Shown here: piece after piece, positions 34,880 to 47,748 of the stretch
How the letters are laid out: every line of letters begins with the position of its first letter
How positions within the stretch are numbered: position 1 is the first letter of the stretch
DNA from: Trichodelitschia bisporula
Taxonomy: Eukaryota
Assembly: GCA_010356995.1 (NCBI GenBank)
Contig: ML996705.1
Coordinates: 372,001-436,000, forward strand
DNA: 64,000 bases
Direction of reading: 5' to 3'
Program-made: the position numbers and the translations under genes
Notes under the pieces: generated by a model
Told to the model about the DNA's origin: nothing
The model's input: only the letters and a program-made list of their open reading frames with translations
The model's database searches: none

Positions 34880-36598
34880 CGTGCCTTGCATCAATGAACA
34901 CAGGAAACGGGTTCGCCAAAAGGCCCTGGGCATTGGGCAGTCTTGCTATTTTAACATCCAGTCGTTCGTTTATTGCTTTCTGTAGTATGGTAGAATAGAC
35001 CACCCCTGTGCCGCTCCGCGCGAATCCGAGATGCAATGCTACGCTAGAGGCAGGTGCTACCCAGCCCCCGGTACGTGATACCTGGAATGAGGGCCGGAGG
35101 TGAATTCCCCGGCGTGGTGGTGATCGCCGCTGGGAAGCTTACGCGGGGGAGCGTGGGAGCGTACCGGTGTGAAGGATGTCCCGCGCGTGTTACCTCGTCA
35201 TCATGACTCCTATGGATCATGTAGTCTACTATACTGTGGCATCGTCAACAACCGAGCCAAATATAGAGATTCTAACCGCGAACTTCGCCACTGCAGTACT
35301 CAGCGCGTCAAAGATCCTCAGCCGCGCGCACCCACGTGTGCCACATTTCGCACCGCAATATACTCCGCCCTCCTCGCAGCTCATGACGTAACCCCGTTTA
35401 CGTCCCGCTAGGCGCGGCTCCTATCGCCAAACGTGAAAGCGGTACGTAAGGCTGCCGCCACTAGCATGTTCGGGATGCGGGCCGAAAACGGAAGGTGTCT
35501 GCGTGGTCGACCCGGCTGCGGGGCACGGCAGGGAATAATCAGGCCGGTGGTGATCATGGAGATCCGGGAAGCTGTGAGAGGGGAAGGTGGGGAGAGCTGC
35601 CTAGTTATGTGGCAAGCTTTGTGAGTTTGAAACCTTTGGGGAGGAGCGCGAGAGGCAACGAGCGCTGCGCTAGGAGGGCTGGAGGGCTTCCATCTGCCGT
35701 TTCCTTATGCCCTATCAACGCTAGAGCTAGCTAGACCGTCCATCCGGCAGTCCGCTCCGATTGCGCCCGGGGGGCGGCGAACCCGATTCCTCCCGGGGCT
35801 CATCTTAGGAGTGTGATAAAGAATGGGGGTTCCTCGTACCGTTGCTAGCTGGATAATTGTTTCCGACGGTTTCTCTACAAGCGCGAAAGATAGACTGGGT
35901 TTCAAGAGGCGGCTTTTTTTTGGGATCGACTTTTTGGGTTTTTGACGAGGACAAGCTTTACGGCGTGAGCTTGTGAAGCTTAGCTGCTGGAGGTTGATTG
36001 GTTAGCTTTGGAGCTTATCAGCCTTGCACGCGCACTTCGGACACATTACGTCGGCTGCATCCGATAGCTTTGGCTTCTCCTATCTGGTCTCCACTCTTCG
36101 ACTTACAGAGCATCGAACACGAAGTTACATCTCTGTCCATCAGTCTATCGTACAACGGGGAAATCGCATTCACTCCAACTACCGCCAGACTTCCACGAAT
36201 CCTCCACACACACACATCTCACTGAGCCAATGTCCAAACACACAATAACCGAGCGGCACACATCCTACGGGCGGGGCGGGGCTGGAAACCTGCGTACGCC
36301 ACTTCCGCATATCCCCAAAGACACAAACTAATACCCCCAGGCCGCAGAACGGAGATTCGCGAATCGATAGAGGCGTTGAGTGTGATGAACTCGCCGACTC
36401 CGACGCCGCGGACGAGTATGGACTGTACGTGGCCCGGTACCTCTACATGACGTGTTGCTGATTGCTACAGGCAAGCCCAGAAGCAGAGCCAGCAGTTTGT
36501 GGTCTACATCCACCGGCTCGGGACGGCGATCGATACGGGATGTTGTTAGCGGGTTGCTGAGGAGGGAGAAGGCTGAGGGGGTGTTGAGTGATAGTGCT

Positions 36599-36670
36599 TC
36601 GGAGAGCGCGTCCGAGATTCCATTGGAAAATGCGTCGGAGAGTGCTTTGGAGACTGCGTCTGTGACGGCA
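36599..36670. repeat. Degenerate 12-bp tandem repeat, 6 units
   Basis: tcggagagcgcg / tccgagattcca / ttggaaaatgcg / tcggagagtgct / ttggagactgcg / tctgtgacggca. Confidence 0.6.
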
Positions 36671-36861
36671 TGAATTTGGGGGTTGACTGGCTTGAGGTTG
36701 TACATGCGTGGAGTTTGGTGTTTACGGGGCACATGGGAGGCGGATTGGGAGCGTTCACGGACATGGCATGGCTGCATGGAGTACGGTAGGAATGATTAGA
36801 GCGCCACACTTCGCGCACGATAGAATAGAGGAAGGCCTCTGTATTACTCCTACAGATGCGC

Positions 36862-38224
36862 TTACGGATTCGGCTCTGTGAAGAACAGAATTGTACCCAC
36901 ACCCATAACCTGCACTGTCAGCCTCACCCCCACCTCTCAGAAATGTACTCACCTCATCCAGACTCCCATCCTCCATCTTCGACCCGGGATGCTTCTCCAA
37001 ATCATAATGCGCAACAAGATGGAACGTATCCCCTTTCTTCACCGGCGTCAAAAGCCGACACCCGCCCATCGACTTAATATGCTCCGGCTCAACAGCCGGC
37101 TTCGGCGCCTCCATCCCTGCATGCGCATCTGCACCCGCACCCGCATGCCCATGCCCGCCCCCGGACATCCCGCCCCCCGCCCCCTTCGCATACTCGACCG
37201 GGGCATGGCAAACCAGCTTCTCATTCTGATAAATATCCAGCGCCGTCCCGCCGTCGTGCAAATGCCCCCCTACACCCAGCACCGTCGCATCAACAGGCGA
37301 CGTCCACGGGACGCTATGCTCGGAGAACACGTTCGTGAGCGGCACGCCCTTTGCGGTCAGATTCGATGCGCCGTAGGGATTGGTCTTGGCCCCGCAGGAC
37401 GAGCTGATGCTCTGCACTGAGAGCCAGCTGATGTGCGTGTCCTTCCAGTCCGGATGCCGGCCGTCGAAGTACTCGTACCCGACGGCGAGCCACACCCACT
37501 GCTCGCTCTCTAACTCGTTCTTGAATTCGCCGACTAGGGTCAGCGTGTCCTCGGGGTGCATGCGGTAGCCCGCCTTTACGGGGCTTGCTTCGACGTGGTA
37601 CCGGATCGTGGACCGCTCGTTTCCGGAGGAGAAAATCGTCTCCGTGGCGCTGAGATTGCAGATCGGATCACGGATTTTTGGGCCTGCGGTTACGAGCACG
37701 CTGTGGTGCAGCCAAGCTGTCCCGTCTGTCGTTTTCCCGTCGGCGTACTCGAGGTCGGCGTTTAGAGCGCCAATCATGCATTCCTGGCACGGCTTGAGCA
37801 GGTTCGGGACGTATTCGTCGGCCATGCCGGAGAGGCCCATGGCTTTGAGTTGCCAGTTTTGCTCCTGGGCCAAACATTAGCTCCCCCGAGCAGGAGCGAG
37901 CGAGTAGTCTCGGAACCCTCGAATCCCTACCTTTGTGCCCGGCAACCTAAACGGGCCGTACCTTATCTTCTTCCTCTTCGCATCCTTAAACTGCACCGGC
38001 GGCAACTCCTGCACCTCCGGGATGGTGGTTGTCGGTGCGACGTGCCCCGCGTTACTAGTCACGGCCTGCAGTTTCCCAGCCGCGTCGAAGAGGCTCGTGT
38101 ACAGCGGCTGCGGGAGCACGGCGAGGCCGGGCACTGTGTCGCGGTTTATGACGGGTGCGGTCCGGGGGACGAGGCCCGCCGTTGTGGAGGCGAGGGTGAG
38201 GAGGAGGGGGAGGGAGGACTTCAT
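36862..38224 (-). CDS. Secreted uncharacterised protein with PHM/Cu-type-II monooxygenase-like motifs (paralog 1)
   Basis: Signal peptide MKSSLPLLLTLASTTAG. Motifs KKIRYGPFRLP, WLHHSVL, FSSGNERS, GGHLHDGG and, after the last intron, DE|VMG. Two introns. Confidence 0.8.
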
Positions 38225-39498
38225 TGTGGCGGTTTGGTGGGGGCGGTGGAGATATGTGGGGTGGATGGGGAATGTTATATGCATCGCGGGGTCCCGGGGA
38301 GCGCTAATTGCATCTGACATACAGCACTCTGCCATACAGGGAGAGTCATATTGTTCACCATCTGCAGCGGGCCCATCGTGCCTGGTCTCGGCGATCGGGG
38401 GGCCTGTCGGAAGGTCCACGCTTCCAGGAACGCGCCGGAAGCGTAGAGAGCGGTTAATCTAGCTGGTGTGGTAGAGGGTGCGGGGTGGGGATCGGGAGTG
38501 GGCAAGATATAGGAGGTACTATGGGCAAGGTCGGTTCCCCAGGGATAAGCTGCCGTGTTGGGGGGTTCGGGCGGCGGGTTTCAGATTTAAGGTAATTGGG
38601 CGGGTTTGACGTGAGGCGGGCCGAGGGACGGTTGGATGGGGTAGGTGATGTTGGAGCGAAAGATGGGATTGTGGGCGGTTTGGTGGGTATCTGGCGGGTG
38701 GTTCCACTGGCCTTGCGGGATCTGGGAGAGGTTTGAGGCGTGATCTCGCGAGATACGGTAGATGTTTAATACCACGTGATGCCGGACCTTTTGTCCCGGA
38801 TCTTGGAAGCCTTGCAGTTGGCATAACAGTTACCAGTCTCATTGGACAGTCTCCGCGGCTCAAGGGAAAGCGCCCCCAAGGTACTCCATCAGCTCGGCCT
38901 GGTCTCCGCTCCCCGGGACGGATACGTGTACTATAGCCATTCTTCAAAGGCTACCGAACAAGCATATCCCTCGGTCTCATGAGTTAAGCTTTCGGCTGAT
39001 CTTCACACAACCAAGATCCGTAAGCATCGCCGCGAGGGGATTCGGCCTATGGCTGAGCCTTAACTGAGCCTCATCCTGCTAGTCGAGGATCAGGATGAGG
39101 CTAAGGTGTGGAAGACGATGGGAGGTTTGGTTTGACTTCGGCTAGGCGGCCGCAGAAAGCGGAAAAGAAACTGGAGGATGATTGCGCGATCTGGTACTCC
39201 ATACTCGACAATACGTGGCATGCAGAAACACCGGGAAGTTACAGCCGAGGATATCTGACGACAGTGGTTAGTCTTCCTGGATTCGAGACTCACCAACACA
39301 AATTTCGCGACAGCAGTTCGCCAACATACTCGCTGCACAGGAGGAGGCTCGGCTCAATCTGCAAATCACCAATTACGAATGGTCGAGTATATACAGAGTC
39401 GGGCTCCGCATTCCGACGGCAGGCAGCCCAACATACCTTGCCGCTCCACCAACTCATCACCTTCCCCGTCCACAAGCCGCAATCGCCCAATACTCCAT

Positions 39499-40354
39499 CT
39501 AAGCGCAAATGCCCGTGCAACCTGGTCCCTCACTGCACCCATTAGCCGCATCCAAGCCCACCACAAGCGCACTCACCAAGAAAACCGCGGATCCTTAGTG
39601 CACAGCTGTCCCTGCGGACACTGCTCTTGTTTGAAACCCGCACAAATGCCCCCCGCATCCACGCACTTATACGTCTGGCCCCGATCACGCGGGTCTCCGA
39701 CACAGACCGTGCCATTCGGGCACTGGAACTTCGCCGGGCATTTCGGGCCCGCAGCGGACAAGGGTGTTGTGCCCTTTGGCGGCGCGGCCTTGGGCGCTGC
39801 GGGCTTTGGTTGCCACCACGGCGCTTGAGTTGACTGTGCCGGCTGCTGCGGCTGCTGCCCCTTCGGTTGTTGCAGCTGGTCCGCGGGAATGAGCGGCTGC
39901 GACTGGGGCGGCGGCACACAGAGTCCCAGGCAGCTGCCTACGCCCATGGCCCGGTTGTCATTGCAGTTGACGTCGACTTTGCGGCAAATGCGGCCAGGGT
40001 CGCAGTCCGGCAGACCTCTCCCGCAGGCCGGGTAGTCGAGCGCAAAGTTCGGCGCGCTGGGGCAGTTTTGCAGCTGTAACGAGCAGCGCGCGGTTTTGGT
40101 CGACCAGCATTGGATTACGAAGCGGTTTTGACATTCACACTGCGGGGGTTAGATTGTTGAGAGGTATAATGGGCGGGGGTTTGGGTGAAGGAACGTACCA
40201 GGGCCATGCCGTCACATTTTGTGTTCAGCGGCATGGAGCGGCAGTCGCATGCTCGTTGCGCGGCGGAGGTTATGATCTGGGCGAGGGGGTTGGGGGAGGC
40301 ATTTGGGGAGGCAAATGCGAAGGGAAGCAGCGCTAGAAGGAAAGCTGATTTCAT
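39499..40354 (-). CDS. Small secreted Cys-rich protein: Cys modules separated by a Pro/Gln linker
   Basis: MKSAFLLALLPFAFAS...CDCRS..CDGMAL|CECQ..C..C..C...CAGFKQEQCPQGQLCTKDPRFS|CEGPGCTGICA*. Two GT-AG introns with CTAAC/CTAAT branch sites. Confidence 0.82.
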
Positions 40355-41639
40355 GATCGATGACGATACAAACAAAATAGTGACGAGAGTCTGCCAAAAT
40401 AAGGTTCTGGGCGGGCGAGGGATGAAATAGTTTAACCCACAGAAACAAGGCCAGCGGTGCAATCTCGTACGGGTCACTTTCCCGGTCGGCCTGACATCTG
40501 TGAGGCTGTTTGTAAAGGGCGTGGCCCTGTGGTTTCCACAGAATACTCGCTTGCTATGAACTGCAACAGATCCGATCAACTGCCGACAGTCAGGTGTAGA
40601 TCTGGTGGAGATATGGTTATTTAGACATGCCACTGTCGAATGGCACACGATCTGACAGAGTAAGTACTATAGGATTAGGCTTGCTATTGGCGTGCCAATA
40701 ACCGTTCCTGGGGCTAACGCTGCGAGGAAATAATCTCGAGCCAATAGGGCTTGATAAGCTTCCCAGAGGCGCCTACTGTAGATAAATTATTGACAAGTGC
40801 TATTAAGCGAAAGCGATGCTCTTCCAGGTTGGTGAGTTCACGCAGCATGCGGTTCCCGGGCAACCTCTCATGTTCGGGCAAAGTCGACCGACTATATTGG
40901 GACGGCGTATGCTGAGGCAGTTAGGCACACCCAACGCTGCGCTTCGAATGGCAACCCGGACAAGAAGTGCACTGTGAATGGGCGAGCGATGGGCCATAGA
41001 TATAGAGAGGTCAATCAGGGTCATACGCCTGATGCCGTCAGCCCGGTTGGTGTATTCCGTGTGGGGAGTACGGCCGAGTGCATTAGATTGATGATGGAAG
41101 ATGTGCAATCTCGGGTGGCTGGCCGTCTTGACTTGCATCAACTCCCGCATTCGGCATCCGGTGGGAGGAAGTAATGCGATCAACGTGACGTTGTGCTCTG
41201 AAGGTAAAACTAGAGGACACGCAAAGTCCGATAATGACAAAGGTGCAACCGGAGTATGTAGAATGGAAAAGAGTAAGGTGAAGTGAAGATGCTGGATAAG
41301 TTGGTGGTTGTCGCGTCATTCGGTCAATTGTTGTTCCGAAATGTTGCTTCTCCAGGGGCATATCGGAATATCACGATGTCGCGACTCCCCTCGGAATTTC
41401 GGCTTGTCTGAGCATGCCCAACGCTTGCCAGTAACAATCCCTCCGGCCAGAGAGCTTCCTTTGACCATGCTTTCCACATATCCATTAGCACGACCCTCCC
41501 CCTCAATCTCATATCTATCTTTTCGATCCTGCTCGCCATCTTCCGCCTGCTTGGAGATAACATGCTCCACCGTCACTTTGGGCAAGTGCGCAGTAATGAC
41601 AGGGGCGATGTACGCGAACAAGCCTTCCAGAATCCCTTG

Positions 41640-44534
41640 ATGGACATGACAGCTGGTGCCAACTTCGATCGTGCTTCTGTGGAGTATCGTCATGACAGGG
41701 AGGAAGCGCTTCAAAGCCTCGTTCGCGCGTTCGTTCACTCCTAAGCCCTGCCGAACTCCTCTGACTCTTGCAGATTCATTATCCAGATCCGCTACGGTTG
41801 TACCGATGCCAAGTGCTCCAATGAAACGTGCGCTAGCTTCCGGAAGCGCTCTACAAACGGGCCCTTTCGCCGGCCCAGTCCCCTCACCGCGCGCGCCGTT
41901 GCCTTTTACCTCGTAGGCCTGGAGAGCCCCCGTTCTGCCCTCTGTCCAAATCCCCCAGCCGTGGAGTGGCGTGAACAAGAGACATCTACCTCAATCAAGG
42001 ACCACCGGTCGCTCACACAGACTCTTTATGATTCCGATGCCGTCAGGCGTTTCGTGTGGAGTGTCACTCCGCCACCGCTCAGCGTTCTGGGGCTTAGTGC
42101 AAGCTCTGCGTCTCCAATTGTTGATAATGACGTCCGTCGAGAATCACTCCTGTCTCAGCAGCGCCTGGATCTGCGCGCGTTGCAGGCCATGCTTCTGCAT
42201 CCTCATCCACTCGATACCGATGATCCTAATGAGGCCGAGCACACTGACTTCGACATCAAGTCTTTCGTCACTCACTCTATCATCCGCAATCTGTACGAAC
42301 CGCGGGCGGCACTAGCATCATTTCCTACTATCGATGCCGACTTCCGAGCAGCACGCCCAGCGTGCAGGAATTCCAGCCCGGACCTCTACCGCCAGTTTGA
42401 GTACGAACTATTTCCGACTGAAGAATACATGGACGCCAGAGACGCTTTGGAAGAATATGGAAAGTGGCCCAGTTTCAAACCTTTGATCTTTGACTCCCTT
42501 TGGAGCAGCCTCGCTCCCCTCTTCGTCCCTCCTCCGGACTTCGACATCGTCGACCGTACACACAAAGCAGAATCGCATGGAGCGTATCTGGATGATCATG
42601 AGGCATCGCTCGTCTTGATCGTGGCGATGAATGCTCTGCTGAGCCTTTCATACGTCACCTTCTATGACAATCCCAAGGGAGGGGGGTACCCGTGGGTTGT
42701 CCGGAGAACTATGTCAGCGACTACCTACTTCAACGAGAACGCCCCTGCGTTTCGCCTCTTTCGTCGCGTAGTGCGCGCTATTAGTGCGCGCAGGGTCTTC
42801 TTCCTCATGCAGACCACCGGTCCAAGAGGGTTGGTTCCGGAATTCAAGATCATGGAAAATATTATGCACTACTTTCTCATACCGGTGTGGCCGGGGAAAG
42901 AAGTGAGGCCGGTATATTCCATGCGTTTGTTCCTGGGATTACTCCATACATTGATTGTCGAGGATTGGGATGGGGAGCCGGCGATCAAGCGCTCGGAAAC
43001 CGTGGGAGCTGCCCTTGAAATCATGCAAGACTTCTACGCTCGACGAGGCACCCTTGGGCTTCGGGAGGACGCCTTCTACGTGGATATCTTCGCAGAGAAG
43101 GTCACCGAGGACTCCGAGTTTCTGAAGGACCTGCTCCGCGTCGAGGCAGACAAGACAACTCTCCATCTTTTCGGCTTCCCTTTTATATTTTCCCAGGACA
43201 CGATCCGGCATTGCTTCCGCGCTGTCAACTTCATGCGCATGGAGGCTGTGCTTCGAGACGGCCTCGTGTACACTGAGTTGCTTAAGAGATACCGGAGCTT
43301 CACCCCCGATATCGTTTTGTTTCCAAATCGCAGGGATCTCAGGGAGCTTACCGACCAACGCCTGAGGGCACTATTTGCTAAGTACCTTTTTCTAAAAGTT
43401 GAACGGGGTACGCTTTTGGAAGACGCCTTCCGTCAGCTGTGGGGCCGGCACAAGGAGGAGCTGCTTCTACCTCTGAAGGTGCAGATCGGAGGGAGCGAGA
43501 GCGGTGAGGAGGGCATCGACCATGGTGGAATCTCGCAGGAGTTCTTTCGACTCGTGCTTGTCAAGGCTTTTGACAAGGATACAGGTTTGTCACTTACCTT
43601 TGGTGTTGTCGTAACTAACGTAGAAGGCCTGTTCACTGTCGACCCCAACACCAACATGGCATGGTTCCAGCCGCTGTCCCAGGAACCTGTTTCCACCTAC
43701 GAACTCCTCGGCATCATCATGTCGTTGGCCATTTTCAACGGGTTTCCTCTCGAGGTCACATTTCCCCTTGCACTGTACAAGAAAGTTCTCGGACATCGCG
43801 TAACCCCGGATGACATTTCTGACGGCTGGCCGAGCATTTTTCGTCTCTTTGGCGATTTTAAAGAGTGCTCGGGTGACGTAGCTGAGGAGTTTGCCGTTCC
43901 TTATGCCTTCCCGATAGATGCCAACGGCTCCCAATACACTCTAGATATCAGCGTCCTTGGAGCTGACGCCCCGTTTCCCGCCTACTCATCTGACGGGACG
44001 CTGCTCGGCACCACCGATGACCCACCCTTCGTGACCGCTGCAACTCGTTCAGAGTTTATCGAGCGCTACACGATGTGGCTGACGGACAAGTCAGTGCGGC
44101 CGCAGTTTGAAGCATTTGCGCGCGGCTTTGCTGCTTGTCTTGACCGCACTGCAATGAAGCTCCTCGACGGGCAGCTTCTTCGAAGCCTGACAGAAGGAAT
44201 GCAGATTGTCGACATAGAGCAGATCGAGCAGGCGGCAACCTATGACGGCTACGAGGCGGGAACTGATTACATTGACAGTTTCTGGGAAGTTTTTGAAGGC
44301 TTCTCAGGGCAAAAACGGCGGGCGCTCCTACGTTTCGTCACAGCAACCGACCGCTTCCGGGTTGGAGGCTCGACGGGCTTTTGCATCAAACGTCAAGGTG
44401 GGGATACAGAGCATTTGCCAACGGCCTCAACGTGCTACCAACAGCTGCTGTTGCCGGAGTATGCGAGCGTTGAGAAGATGAAGCACAAGCTGAGCCTCGC
44501 AATCGAAAATACGGAGGGTTTCGGCTCTGTTTAG
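41640..44534 (+). CDS. HECT E3 ubiquitin ligase with an N-terminal AZUL-like Zn domain (E6AP/Hul4-like)
   Basis: ATG at 41640. An intron joins it to QIRYGCTDAKCSNETCAS. HECT motifs EEGIDHGGISQEFF, LLRFVTATDR, catalytic LPTASTCY and GFG terminus. In-frame intron at 43585-43626. Confidence 0.92.
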
Positions 44535-46117
44535 GCGTACGGGTTTACCGGGTGGGATCTGGGTTTAGCGATGGAGCTGCGGCGTTCGTACATCGATGTA
44601 CGTAGCTGGTTTTGCTGGTCGGGGGACTTAGAAGAGAATATGCCTTCGATCCTTCATTTTTAGATCAATCACCCTCGCGGGCTTAGCGTATGCCTCTCAT
44701 TTCACCTTCGTTGTCCTTCCGTGACGGGTGCCCTGGGTGCTTTGTGTTTCCGGGATCTCCGAGCAATGATGTCCGGGCGCCATGGTGAGGTTTCTCCGCT
44801 CCCACAAAGTGTAGGCACGGTATGACGTCCCTCATGGCTCCATCCCGTCCCCTAAACTGCGTGCGCACGTTCTCCCTTTTGTCTCCAGCCTCGAACATTC
44901 ATCCTTATCGGAGATTGGAAAAGTTCCCGCCCGACCAAACAAGTACTACCGGCTTCCGCCGAACTATATGATCTCAGGCCCACCCCGTCCCCCATCCGCC
45001 ACCTTGGACACTCAGATTCTATTCTAGGCCCCGCGAACGGGCGTCGGAGACGCAATTCCGCCACTCACAGATCCGGAAGCCGAGAATAGCACGCCGATAT
45101 TGGGCCGGCGCGATTCCCGCCCGATGCCTACGGTCGCGATCGGGCGTGTTCCGGCCAGGGACAGGTGTTTCCAGTGGCCAGACCTGGTCCTCGGAGAGCG
45201 GGATATTTGGATGCTTGATATGAAGGGTTATTTTTTGGGTGCCCTTTGGGGAATCTGGTGTGCGGATGGAGGAGCGATAAGTCAATCGGGCCACGGGTGA
45301 TCCGCGGAGCGGCATCGTGGCATGATGAGGATGGTTGGGGCACGGAATAATTTGCTGCAGGTACGGGGGGCACGGATTGCTTGTTTTCGGGCCTTTGGGC
45401 GGTGACGTTGATAGTGTAGAGTAACTAGGTTCCGAGGGTGTATGGTCCTGTGGTAGGACATCGGCCTGGTGCGCGGGCGAGGGCTATCAATTCGGCACAG
45501 GCCGATTTGACAGCCGTGTACACTCACGCCCTATCGCACCGACCATTCAGTTTTGAATCTGCCTTATCGGAGATTTTGATAGCTTGTTCCAGAACGGAGA
45601 CGTTGAGACGCCACACGAAATCCTCGCTCCTGATCTCGTTCCCATCATACAACCATCCGATCATATCGAGATCCCGTACGCCACTCATCACGATCAGCCT
45701 TGCCATCCCCGCGCGCCCTCGCCTGTCCTTGCCTTCCAGCCGGGCCTTCCACCAACCCCCGGGGCCCGGGTAATATCTGGATAGATGGTCCGCTGCAGGC
45801 CACGCGGCGCAGGTTCTTAGCGTGCGCGGACCGGGCCCTGGTAAGCACCATCGCGCAGTGTGCGCGTGGCGGAGAGATAACTTCCGTTTGTGATGGGCGG
45901 GCGCGTTGATTGGTGCACCATGTCCATGGGTGGCCAAATTTGGGGGTTAATAACGAATGGCGTGAACGGATTTGGACAGGTAGGGGAGTGTAGGTGTGGG
46001 AATATATATCGTGGTCACGGACGGTGGAGGAAGGGCAGACACAACGACTTCACCTCACTTTCACTCTCATTCTTCGTGGATAATTTGTTCATCATCACAC
46101 TCCTTAGATTCAGAAAC

Positions 46118-46677
46118 ATGCTGTTCGCTAAATCTGCCCTCGTTGCCGTGCTCGGCTTTGCGTGAGTTGAACTCTTCATCGCGCGTCCACTGTACTGATG
46201 AGATCAGCGCCGTGGCCTTCGCTGCTCCGGCCGAAGGACTGACCTCTGTATCCTCGCCAAATGCCCCCCCGCCAGTAGACTTGTACGTATCTCTCCCGCC
46301 TCTCAAGTCCGACTAACGCCCCCAGCTGCAAAGACTGGACGCAACGCCAGGACGAGCGCGAACGCTGCGTCAACGGCGGAAAGAAGTACTGCGAGCAGCA
46401 AGTACAGCGTAAGCCACCCCTTCCCCATCCCTAGCCCTAACTAACGCCCCCAGGCCCCGGTGACAAGAAGGACTGCATCGCAGACTGGGAGGCGCGCGCC
46501 GATAGGGCGGAAAAGGCAAAGGAGGCGAAGGAGCGGCAGGAGAATCCCAAGGCGCAGGACGCGTTCTGCGGGAGTATCCCGCGCACACAGCCGCTGGCCC
46601 AGAGCTGCAAGGAGACGTGTCGCGCTTTGGATAAGCAGAAGAAGCCGATGCCGATTTGGTGCGCTGGGGGGTTGTAG
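46118..46677 (+). CDS. Small secreted 8-Cys protein (141 aa, 4 exons); not visible intact in the ORF track
   Basis: Exons 46118-46161, 46208-46282, 46326-46408 and 46454-46677 give MLFAKSALVAVLGFAAVAFAAP...FCKDW..C..YC..C...FCGS..CKETC..WCAGGL*. All splice sites are canonical. Confidence 0.85.
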
Positions 46678-47667
46678 GGTGTTGGGAAGGGCTGGATTGT
46701 GTGTGAATAGGCTATGAATAGATGGAGTTTGGGCGGGTGATGCGCGAGGCTGAAAGGCTGGTTCATTGCTTGGGTTCCTTAAGACGCACCTTTCGCTTCT
46801 TGTCCATGTCTTTTTATGTCTTTTTAGATACCTAGGCCTAGGGTTCGGCTCGACGTATCAGCTTTGGTATTCGCAACCTGTCGACGATGAAGCCGGGAAA
46901 ACGCGAGCAAATGTGACTTTCGGATCGTCAACTTGTAACCTTCCTGGATGATGTCACGACATCCGAGACAGAAGGCTTACTTCGTACGGCGTTTTCTGCT
47001 TGACGATATCTCTGGGCCTTAAGATAGAACCTACCCTTGAGCGCAACATGCTCGGGGGTGCATCCCAACCCATCCTTTTCCCTCTCTGCTAACCCCATCT
47101 CGGCGCCTCCGGTCCCTCTCCCCAATTAACCCCGTGTTCCCTTCCCCGCATCACCCCCCCACACCACCCGCCTCTCGGTTCCGGCCCGAGATGGTCGCTA
47201 CACGACCGCCCCTGCCGCCGGGTGCCTTAAGGCTTGGAGTCGTGGCTCACCAGAGAAGCCCATACATAGTAAACTTCCCGTCTCGAGTGTTCCGACATCA
47301 CCCAAGGGAGTTATAAGTAGAGAACCCGACAGTTAAAGTTGCTTGGGGTTTCCCAGCTATCATGAAAAGGATGAAGCCCGGACTCATAACCCATTGACGG
47401 TCAGGTTGGAAGAAATTTCAAACTCAAAGATCTTTGTGCCAAGGACGATATATACAGTGTGTGGGCCATGTGATCCTACGTCGTCGGCAAAATCAGATGC
47501 ATCATTTCTGTCAAATCGGATGATTGATGGAGTGACAGATTCCTTCCCCAGCTTTGATCAGCAATACTGTATATCTTGACTTGCTATTCGAAATGATCAT
47601 AACTTTGTTCGGGACATTGCTAAAGGGACATGACCTTATTTGCCAAAAATTGATTTATGAATCAACG

Positions 47668-47748
47668 GGCGGCGTGCCAGAGTGGTTAATGGGTATGACT
47701 AGAAATCATATGACTTCGGTCGCACAGGTTCGAATCCTGTCGCCGTCG
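47668..47748 (+). tRNA. tRNA-Ser(AGA)
   Basis: Acceptor stem GGCGGCG/CGCCGTC. Anticodon arm TATGA-CT-AGA-AA-TCATA. Variable arm GAC-TTCG-GTC. T arm ACAGG-TTCGAAT-CCTGT. A T6 terminator follows. Confidence 0.97.

Noticed and set aside
45282..45937. Minus-strand ORF fragments with a GTGAGT donor
   Set aside because: I could not build a coherent spliced protein.
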